Assembly: GCA_045545475.1 (NCBI GenBank)
Contig: JAZQAZ010000006.1
Coordinates: 1-23,671 of the forward strand
Source: Clostridia bacterium
GTDB lineage: Bacteria > Bacillota > Clostridia > CAKSNL01 > HGM11501
DNA: 23,671 nt
Direction of reading: 5' to 3'
The notes beneath the pieces are model-generated. The model was not told where the DNA came from. It worked only from the letters and a program-made list of their open reading frames with translations, and made no database searches. The position numbers and the translations under genes were made by a program. Below, in pieces: positions 1 through 6,987 of the stretch (positions are counted from its first letter, which is position 1; the number at the start of each line of letters is the position of its first letter).

Positions 1-40
1 TTTTGTTGTTCTGTAAATTGTTTTCTAATATTTTAATCAT
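1..40 (-). CDS. 5' end of a gene running off the left edge (MIKILENNLQNNK...), product unknown
   Basis: ATG at 40-38 on the minus strand, preceded by GGGGGTG Shine-Dalgarno (plus-strand cacccc around 50-56). Frame is open to the window edge; only 13 codons visible. Confidence 0.45.
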   Translation of the reverse strand, partial: MIKILENNLQNNK

Positions 41-448
41 AAAGGATTACACCCCCAAAAATAAATTTTATAATTATATTTTAATATAAGAAAAGAGTTT
101 TATTTAAAGATGATAGAATGTTATCAGAGATGTTGTAAATTGAAGTATGTTATTTATATTGGTATGATTTATAGTTTAATTCAGAAATAATATTTTGTGT
201 TTTGAATGAAGTTTTGTGGAACGATTTTGACTATAAATAACTGTATTAAGCAGGAATTTACAAGAAAAAAATACCCCTAAACTTATATATAATCATTTAT
301 ATCAACTAGTATTATTTGAGTTTAAAAAAGTTCTATTTTTATAATAAATAAACCACAAAAATTATCTTCATTATCATGGAAATTACATCTGGAAAAATCC
401 AAAAACAATAAGTATAATATAATCAAATTTAAAAAAAGGAGGTTCGCT

Positions 449-976
449 ATGAACGCAAACAAAAATTTCACAAAAGTTGTGACAGGAGAGGTAGTCCTCA
501 ACTATCCATGTCTAACCAAACCAAGAGAGAGTAGATTTGATTCTAATAGCTCTTTAAAGTATGGTACTACTATCATTATTCCTAAAGATGATGTACCTAC
601 AATAAAAGGTATTAAAAGGGCTATTGTTCATGCCAAATTACTTGGTAATTTTAAAGATGATGAGGATGTTAATTCGCCATTAAAAGATGGTGATATTGAA
701 TATCCCGACAATGAATTGTATAAAAACTCATACTTTTTATACACATCAACTTGTTTTAGACCTAATATAGTTGACGAAGATTTAAAAGAAATTGAAGAAA
801 ATATAGGAGAATATAAGTCGGGAACTGTAGCTAAGGTTAGTATGGTGTTTAACCCATATAATGTAAATGGTAATCGCGGGGTATCGGCTAGATTAAACAA
901 TGTTCAAATTTTACCAAGAAATAAATATTTAGAGTTGATGTCCTCTCCTCAGGATGATTTTGGGACAAGCGAATAA
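449..976 (+). CDS. DUF2815-family phage-type ssDNA-binding protein (T7 gp2.5-like)
   Basis: Motifs TKVVTGEV, KYGTTIIIPKDD, PLKDGD, SG...YNVNGNRGVSARLNNVQ and an acidic C-terminal DDF. GGAGG RBS just upstream. Confidence 0.85.
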   Translation: MNANKNFTKVVTGEVVLNYPCLTKPRESRFDSNSSLKYGTTIIIPKDDVPTIKGIKRAIVHAKLLGNFKDDEDVNSPLKDGDIEYPDNELYKNSYFLYTSTCFRPNIVDEDLKEIEENIGEYKSGTVAKVSMVFNPYNVNGNRGVSARLNNVQILPRNKYLELMSSPQDDFGTSE

Positions 977-988
977 ATAAATGAAATG

Positions 989-1037
989 GTGTAATAAATG
1001 TATTTTTTGAAAAAAACATTAAATACATTTATTACAC
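989..1037. repeat. Perfect 17-bp inverted repeat (GTGTAATAAATGTATTT / AAATACATTTATTACAC)
   Basis: Arms read directly at 989-1005 and 1021-1037, with a 15-nt spacer. Confidence 0.85.
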
Positions 1038-1053
1038 GGAAAGGAGATTTAAA

Positions 1054-2484
1054 ATGATAAAACATTGGGAAGAACCGAGATTATTTGATGCTTTCGACTT
1101 ACCAGCTTTTCCTATTGAGTGTCTACCATCTACAATGAGAAGATATGTAGGAACGATTTCAAAGAATCTTGCAACACCTATAGAAATGGCTGTGTTGGTT
1201 TCTTTATCCTTGATATCAGTTAGTACACAAGGAAGAGTTACAATAAATGTAAAAAAGGATTATAATGAATCAACTAATTTATATGTTTTAATTATCGCAG
1301 AACCAGGTGAAAGAAAAAGTCCTCTTTTAAAGTTAATGTCAAAACCCATTTATGAATACGAAAGAAATATAAATGAACAAATTAAGATTCAAATAAACAG
1401 AGAAAGAGCCGAATTAAAAAGGAAACAAAAGGAACTTATGGATTTGGAAGAACAAGGTGACATTGAAGAAGCAATTAAGAAGCAAAATGAAATTGACCAG
1501 ATGGAAAAGAATAAATCGCATTTAGTAAGATTAACGTCTGATGATTTTACTGTAGAAGCTCTTACAACCTTAATGGCTGAAAACAATGGTAAAATGTCGA
1601 TTATCTCATCTGAAGGAGGAATGTTCAACAATATATCAGGTAGATATAATAACAAAGTTTCCTTTGAAGTTTTATTAAAAGCCTTTTCCGGTGACACAAT
1701 TAGAGTTGATAGAAAATCAAGAGGACCGGAAATAATAGACAATGCTTTATTGACCATTCTTTTAATGGCTCAAGAAAGTGTACTTGAAGGAATCATGGAA
1801 AATGGAGATTTAAGAGGACAAGGATTATTAGGAAGATTTTTATATTGTGTTCCTAAATCACCATTGGGAAACAGAAAATATGAAACACCCCAATTAAACA
1901 AAGATATAATAGAAACATTTAATAACAAATTATTTGAGCTTCTTAATTGTAGGGATAATGTTTTGTTAACATTATCAGATGAGGCATATGAAATAAGTAA
2001 AGATTTTTTTAATTGGATTGAACCTAAACTTGTAGGCGAACTATATGAAATTCGAGATTGGGCAAGTAAATTACATGGTACATTTATTCGTTTAGCAGGA
2101 TTACTACACTGTATTGAATATGGTAGTAACTCAACAATTATAAATAAACAAACTATGGATAATGCAAGGAAGATTTCAATGTACTTTGTAGAACATTCAA
2201 AAAAAGCTTTTTCAATTATGGGTACTAATGAAGTTGTTATCAAAGCAAAGTATATATTAAAAAAATTAGAATCATTACACGTTACAGAAATATCAAAAAA
2301 AGATATTTATATACATTGTAGAAGTCGGTATTTCAAATCACCTGACGATATTATCAAACCCATAGAATTATTAATTGATTATAATTATCTTAGAGCGAAA
2401 GAGAATCAACCTACAAATTCAACAGGAAGGAAACCTTCAACTGTATATGAACTTAATCCGATATGGTTTTTAACGAAAATTTGA
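1054..2484 (+). CDS. YfjI / DUF3987-family P-loop ATPase (putative replication helicase of mobile elements)
   Basis: FPIECLP N-terminus, Walker A-like AEPGERKS, DDFTVEAL, SSEGG, LLKAFSGDTIRVDRKSR, GLLGRFLY, C-terminal GRKPSTVYELNP. AAGGAG RBS. Confidence 0.85.
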   Translation: MIKHWEEPRLFDAFDLPAFPIECLPSTMRRYVGTISKNLATPIEMAVLVSLSLISVSTQGRVTINVKKDYNESTNLYVLIIAEPGERKSPLLKLMSKPIYEYERNINEQIKIQINRERAELKRKQKELMDLEEQGDIEEAIKKQNEIDQMEKNKSHLVRLTSDDFTVEALTTLMAENNGKMSIISSEGGMFNNISGRYNNKVSFEVLLKAFSGDTIRVDRKSRGPEIIDNALLTILLMAQESVLEGIMENGDLRGQGLLGRFLYCVPKSPLGNRKYETPQLNKDIIETFNNKLFELLNCRDNVLLTLSDEAYEISKDFFNWIEPKLVGELYEIRDWASKLHGTFIRLAGLLHCIEYGSNSTIINKQTMDNARKISMYFVEHSKKAFSIMGTNEVVIKAKYILKKLESLHVTEISKKDIYIHCRSRYFKSPDDIIKPIELLIDYNYLRAKENQPTNSTGRKPSTVYELNPIWFLTKI

Positions 2485-2500
2485 AAGGAAGTAAAAAGCA

Positions 2501-2734
2501 ATGCATGTTAAAATTTTAGGGATAAAAAAAGTAAAGGGGACACATCCATATACAAAAAAATATAGGGATGGTTGTATAATTTTTTATTCCCATACAGATG
2601 AAAATGTTTTGGGCGAAAAAACCGACAGTAAATGGGTAGATGATAAATGTTATAAAACGGAAAATATAAAAATTGGTGAAAATTATAATATAGAATTTGC
2701 TAATTTTTTTGTTAACAAAATAGATGTCATATAA
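2501..2734 (+). CDS. Small hypothetical protein (77 aa), possibly a small beta-rich ssDNA-binding protein
   Basis: AAAGGAAG RBS, directly downstream of the DUF3987 gene. Function is inferred only from the alternating hydrophobic beta pattern. Confidence 0.65.
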   Translation: MHVKILGIKKVKGTHPYTKKYRDGCIIFYSHTDENVLGEKTDSKWVDDKCYKTENIKIGENYNIEFANFFVNKIDVI

Positions 2735-2998
2735 CAGTTTTAACCGTTTACATCAAGAAATATGTGTATTATAATATATTAATACTTTAAAGTACGTTGA
2801 GGTGTGTATTTACTCAACATTAATAAATAATCATAAAAAATACATTCCAAACGCTTTATAACAGATAAGGAGCGTTTGTTATGATGCAAAATGTAAAACT
2901 TATAAATCATAAAAAAGCGGTGTACTTTCATTATAATTTAGTTTATAATATAAAAGTTTCACTCCCTCTGTCTGATAGTGTGGGGAGTGAGGTGTTAT

Positions 2999-3178
2999 AT
3001 GATTAAGGATATCCAATCAGATAACACTACAAAACTAACTATTAACGGAATAGTAATCACAGTAAATTTTTTAAAAGATAGAAATTTTAGTGCAGAAAAT
3101 TTTGTTGGAAAGCTACTATTGGAAAATATGTTCGGGGAGGGTAGCAATGAAAAAACGAGTAAAGACTCTGTATCGTAA
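2999..3178 (+). CDS. Small hypothetical protein (59 aa) overlapping the recombinase start
   Basis: GAGGTG RBS at 2989-2994 before ATG at 2999, a better start than the ORF-track GTG at 2978. Its 3' end overlaps the recombinase by 32 nt. Confidence 0.65.
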   Translation: MIKDIQSDNTTKLTINGIVITVNFLKDRNFSAENFVGKLLLENMFGEGSNEKTSKDSVS

Positions 3179-4799
3179 CAGTACATTAAAACAATGTGCG
3201 ACATTAGTTGATGAAGAAAATAATAAATTTGACATACCTTTACAAAGCCGAGAATGTCAAAAATTTATTTCATTGCACCCTGATTGGATTTTAATTGATG
3301 AAAAGGTAGAGACAGGCATATCAGGTTACAAGGTATCGGCTAAAGACAGAGATAAAATTACTGAATTAAAAAATGAAGCATTACGTAAAGAATTTGATAT
3401 TCTTCTTGTCTTTATGTTTGACAGATTAGGTCGTATAGAAAGTGAAACCCCTTTTATAGTAGAATGGTTTGTTGAACAAGGAATCGAAGTATGGAGTGTA
3501 GTTGAAGGACAACAAAAATTTGATAATCACGTAGACAAACTTACAAATTATATTCGTTTCTGGCAAAGTGCTGGAGAATCAGCTAAAACAAGTACAAGGG
3601 TACGTAAGAAACGAGGACAAATGGTTGAAGATGGGTTATATGCAGGCGGTTATGTCCCTTATGGTTATAAGATTGTTAAGAAAGGAACTATTAATCACAA
3701 AAACCGAGAGGTTTATGATTTAGAAATTGACTCTTACGAATCAGATGTTGTGAGGTTAATATTTCAATTAGCATACGAAAATTTTTGGGGAGCAAGAAAA
3801 ATTTCCAATGAATTAGCCAAAAGAGGTATTAAAAATAAAAAAGGTAAATTTTTCGGACAATCTACAATTAACAGTATTATTGATAATATTTCATATACTG
3901 GTGTACTGAAAAGTGGTGAAACAGTATCTAAAATTCACCCACATTTACAAATTATTAAACCATCAGTTTTTGAATTTGTTCAAAAATTGAGACGTGAACG
4001 AAGTTCAAAAGATAAAGAAACAAAGGAAAAATCCCCAATGTCTTGTAATGACATATCAGATGTTCCTACTTTTGGGAAAGGTCTTGTATCAGGCATTATA
4101 CATTGCGATTGTTGTGGTGCTAAATTAAGAACAAAATCAACAAGATTAAACGGTCATAAACCAATCAGCGAAGATAACCCACGAATACCGACTTACGTAT
4201 GTGAAAATCGTTTGTATGAGGGCAAAAAAGAAAAAATCTGTATAAGTGATAATGTTCAGACACAATATAGAGCATACAAAATTGATGCTGTGATAGATGA
4301 AATGATAAAACAACTTTTAAGACGCACAAAAGCATTGCAAAGCGGTGAATTTGTCAATTACAAATATCAAACAGAGTGGAAACGGATACAAGGTAATCTC
4401 AATCACGTAAATACTTTGTATAAGAAAAAACAAAACGAAATTCGCTCAATGGAAAATAAGATTGTAAGTGCATCTCAATTTGATGAAGTTTTAAAAGAAT
4501 TACTTCAAATTCTAACAAGATTGAGAAAAGAAGCAGAAGCTTTATTTGAACAAGTGCAGAAATGCGAAAAAGACTTTGCGGAGTTACAAAAAAATTGCTA
4601 TGAAATAGAACAAGAATATAACAATGTTATCAAGTGGGCTGATATTTATGAAAATGCAGATTTACCGACAAAACAAATTATAGTTGCCCATCTTATTGAC
4701 AGTATATCAGTAAAGAAAGGGTATGAATTAACCGTTAATTTCAAAATCAATTTAGAACAGTACGAAAATGGATTAGAGTTTCAAGCACTATCGTCTTAA
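3147..4799 (+). CDS. Large serine recombinase (resolvase + recombinase + zinc-ribbon + coiled-coil domains)
   Basis: Catalytic LYRNST (YxRxS), FDILLVFMFDRLGR, GGYVPYGY, zinc ribbon CDCCGAKL...YVC and C-terminal coiled coil. Start moved to ATG 3147 behind the GGGGAGG RBS. Confidence 0.93.
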   Translation: MKKRVKTLYRNSTLKQCATLVDEENNKFDIPLQSRECQKFISLHPDWILIDEKVETGISGYKVSAKDRDKITELKNEALRKEFDILLVFMFDRLGRIESETPFIVEWFVEQGIEVWSVVEGQQKFDNHVDKLTNYIRFWQSAGESAKTSTRVRKKRGQMVEDGLYAGGYVPYGYKIVKKGTINHKNREVYDLEIDSYESDVVRLIFQLAYENFWGARKISNELAKRGIKNKKGKFFGQSTINSIIDNISYTGVLKSGETVSKIHPHLQIIKPSVFEFVQKLRRERSSKDKETKEKSPMSCNDISDVPTFGKGLVSGIIHCDCCGAKLRTKSTRLNGHKPISEDNPRIPTYVCENRLYEGKKEKICISDNVQTQYRAYKIDAVIDEMIKQLLRRTKALQSGEFVNYKYQTEWKRIQGNLNHVNTLYKKKQNEIRSMENKIVSASQFDEVLKELLQILTRLRKEAEALFEQVQKCEKDFAELQKNCYEIEQEYNNVIKWADIYENADLPTKQIIVAHLIDSISVKKGYELTVNFKINLEQYENGLEFQALSS

Positions 4800-4823
4800 T
4801 ATAGTATAAATGATTAATACAAT

Positions 4824-4869
4824 AAAAAAGGATTACTATTCATAAAATACGAATAGTAATCCTTTTTTT
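4824..4869. terminator. Bidirectional intrinsic terminator between the recombinase and tRNA-Pro
   Basis: AAAAAAGGATTACTATTC / GAATAGTAATCCTTTTTT inverted repeat with A and T tracts. Confidence 0.85.
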
Positions 4870-4945
4870 GGTCGGGATGACAGGATTTGAACCTGCGGCT
4901 TCTACGTCCCGAACGTAGCGCCCTACCAAACTGGGCCACATCCCG
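4869..4945 (-). tRNA. tRNA-Pro (anticodon CGG)
   Basis: Reverse complement CGGGATG TG GCCC AGTTTGGTA GGGC G CTACG TTCGGGA CGTAG AAGCC GCAGG TTCAAAT CCTGT CATCCCG A CCA folds as a full 77-nt cloverleaf with encoded CCA. Confidence 0.97.
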
Positions 4946-5143
4946 ATAATTCCATTAATGTTGTTTGATGTATGCTTCATTTATTAGATATTGTTGAGTA
5001 TACTCTGTGTCCAAGGTGTACTACCAAACTGGGCCACATCCCGATAATTCCATTAATGTTGTTTGATGTTTGCTTCATTTATTAGATATTGTTGAGTATA
5101 CTCTGTGTCCAAGGTGTACTACCAAACTGGGCCACATCCCGAT
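4923..5143 (-). repeat. Tandem 98-bp direct repeat (2 copies plus a 25-bp partial), each containing the 5' 23 nt of tRNA-Pro
   Basis: Units 4923-5020 and 5021-5118 differ at one base (A4972/T5070). Core CTACCAAACTGGGCCACATCCCGAT starts at 4923, 5021 and 5119. Confidence 0.97.
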
Positions 5144-5156
5144 TAACACAAAGAAT

Positions 5157-5185
5157 ATTATACATTAGCATCACGCTTTTGTCAA
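5157..5185 (-). promoter_or_regulatory. Consensus sigma-A promoter of tRNA-Pro
   Basis: TTGACA (5185-5180), 17-nt spacer, TATAAT (5162-5157). Confidence 0.88.
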
Positions 5186-5211
5186 GGAAAATCTTCTCTT
5201 TTATCCCCCAT

Positions 5212-5247
5212 AAAAAAGAGTATGCAGTTTTTCTGCACACTCTTTTC
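5212..5247 (-). terminator. Intrinsic terminator of the amidase-radA-ABC transporter operon
   Basis: Minus strand AAAAGAGTGTGCAG-loop-CTGCATACTCTTTTTT directly after the stop codon. Confidence 0.8.
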
Positions 5248-6987
5248 TTAAGATTCGTAAAGCTTATAAAGATTCTTATAAATGCCGCCTTTTGCAATTA
5301 ATTCGTCATGGCTTCCCGCTTCCTCTATTCCCTTATCAGTAAGAACAAGTATCATGTCCGCTCCTTTTATGGTTGTAAGCCTGTGAGCAATAGTGAAAGT
5401 TGTCCTTCCTTTTGCAAGGCGTGCAAGAGATTCCTTTACCAGAAGCTCACTCTCATTATCAAGTGCACTTGTGGCCTCGTCCAATATAAGTATAGGAGGA
5501 TTTTTAAGAAATACTCTCGCAATGCTTATCCTCTGCTTCTGCCCACCGGAAAGCTTGACTCCACGCTCTCCGACGTAGGTATTATATCCATCCGGCAAGT
5601 TCTTTATAAATTCGTCACATCCTGCCAAGGTTGCCGCTTTTTCAACCTCTTCCATGGTTGCTCCGGGTTTGCCGTAGGCAATATTTTCATAAATAGTTCC
5701 CGAGAAGAGATAAACATCCTGCTGTACCACACCGATATTTCCTCTCAGAGAATCCTGGGTATAGTCTCTGACATCCACACCATCAATTAAAATTCTGCCT
5801 TCCGTAACGTCATAAAATCGTGGAATTAAATTTACAAGTGTGGTTTTTCCGCCACCCGACGGACCGACAATAGCAATATTTTCGCCTTCGTTTACAGTTA
5901 AGTTTATTCCGGATAAAACTTCGCCTTCGCCATCAGAATAACCGAATTTCACATTTTCGAAATTTATTATTCCGCGAACCTTTGTAAATTCCTTTGCGTC
6001 TGTTTTGTCGACAATCTCAACCGGAGAGTCCATAATCTCTGTGAAACGCTCAATACCTGTCATGCCACGCTGGAACTGCTCTGTAAATTCCACAATTCTT
6101 CTTATGGCCGCAATCAGTGTGGATACATATAAAAGATATGCCGCATAGTCACCGGGGCTAAGCAATCCTTTAATCATGAAAAGTGCACCTGCCACCACGA
6201 CAATTATGTACATAAGACCGTCAAAAACTCTTACAGAAGTCTGAAAGCCTGCCATATAGCGATAGGTTTTATACTTAATTCCAAGAAAAGTTTTATTGCC
6301 TTTATCAAACTTGTCCCGTTCGATTTTCTCGTTGGCAAAGCTTTTTACTACTCTTATACCCAACATGCTGTCTTCCACCTGAGAATTAATTTCCCCTATC
6401 TGCTCACGGGATTCCTTGAATGCCTTCTTCATCTTTCTGTTATAATAAGTGGATACTATAAGCATAAAAGGCAATACTGCGAACATAATGAGTGTGAGCG
6501 GAAGATTCATTGACGAAAGAATTAAAAATGCCGCAACAATCTTTATTCCTGCAATAAAAAATTCCTCCGGGCAATGATGAGCAAATTCCGTTACATCAAA
6601 AAGGTCCGATGTAATCCTTGCCATAATCTGCCCCACCTTGGTGTTACTGTAATAAGAAAACGACAGCTTCATGAGGTGAGAAAACAAATCTGTTCTCATA
6701 TCCGTTTCTATTTTTGCACCCATTATATGCCCGTTATACGCCATAAAATAGTTGGCCGAAGCATCGATTATTCTCAAAAGAAGATATAATCCTCCGGCTT
6801 TCAGTACAAGGCTTACTGTGAGGGATGCAAAATCATCAATTGCCCTGTCTGTTATCTCCCTTACAATTAACGGCAGAATTATTTCGCATACCGTTGTAAG
6901 TGCGGCACACATTAAATCCAGTACCATTATCCATTTGTATTTCTTAAAATACGGCATAAACCGCTTTATCAATTGTGTAGCCTTCAT
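5248..6987 (-). CDS. ABC exporter, fused permease/ATP-binding protein (MsbA-like)
   Basis: N-terminal TM domain, Walker A GPSGGGKT, signature LSGGQKQR, Walker B ILILDEATSALD, AHRL switch. Confidence 0.95.
   Translation of the reverse strand: MKATQLIKRFMPYFKKYKWIMVLDLMCAALTTVCEIILPLIVREITDRAIDDFASLTVSLVLKAGGLYLLLRIIDASANYFMAYNGHIMGAKIETDMRTDLFSHLMKLSFSYYSNTKVGQIMARITSDLFDVTEFAHHCPEEFFIAGIKIVAAFLILSSMNLPLTLIMFAVLPFMLIVSTYYNRKMKKAFKESREQIGEINSQVEDSMLGIRVVKSFANEKIERDKFDKGNKTFLGIKYKTYRYMAGFQTSVRVFDGLMYIIVVVAGALFMIKGLLSPGDYAAYLLYVSTLIAAIRRIVEFTEQFQRGMTGIERFTEIMDSPVEIVDKTDAKEFTKVRGIINFENVKFGYSDGEGEVLSGINLTVNEGENIAIVGPSGGGKTTLVNLIPRFYDVTEGRILIDGVDVRDYTQDSLRGNIGVVQQDVYLFSGTIYENIAYGKPGATMEEVEKAATLAGCDEFIKNLPDGYNTYVGERGVKLSGGQKQRISIARVFLKNPPILILDEATSALDNESELLVKESLARLAKGRTTFTIAHRLTTIKGADMILVLTDKGIEEAGSHDELIAKGGIYKNLYKLYES

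Larger units (their letters stand above)
1..4868. mobile_element. Right part of an AT-rich integrative element (satellite/IME-like genomic island) adjacent to tRNA-Pro; left end outside the window
   Basis: Clearly more AT-rich than the DNA beyond ~5200. Carries a phage-type SSB, a YfjI/DUF3987 protein and a large serine recombinase that points at the 3' end of a tRNA. Exact att site cannot be fixed without the other end. Confidence 0.8.

Noticed and set aside
3090-3146. Longer N-terminus of the recombinase; likewise radA 8363 and the pnuC-like gene 15272
   Set aside because: Downstream ATGs (3147, 8339, 15302) have strong RBSs and match family N-termini. The pnuC extension lies inside the riboswitch terminator.
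5021-5141. Additional tRNA genes
   Set aside because: Only nt 1-23 are present; there is no anticodon arm, T-arm or 3' acceptor strand.
4923-5143. CRISPR array interpretation of the repeats
   Set aside because: The 'spacers' are near-identical copies, the repeat is tRNA sequence, and there are no cas genes in the window.
5082-5301. ORFs 5082..5297(-) and 5089..5301(+)
   Set aside because: They overlap the tRNA promoter, a terminator and the repeats, with no RBS or recognisable protein.
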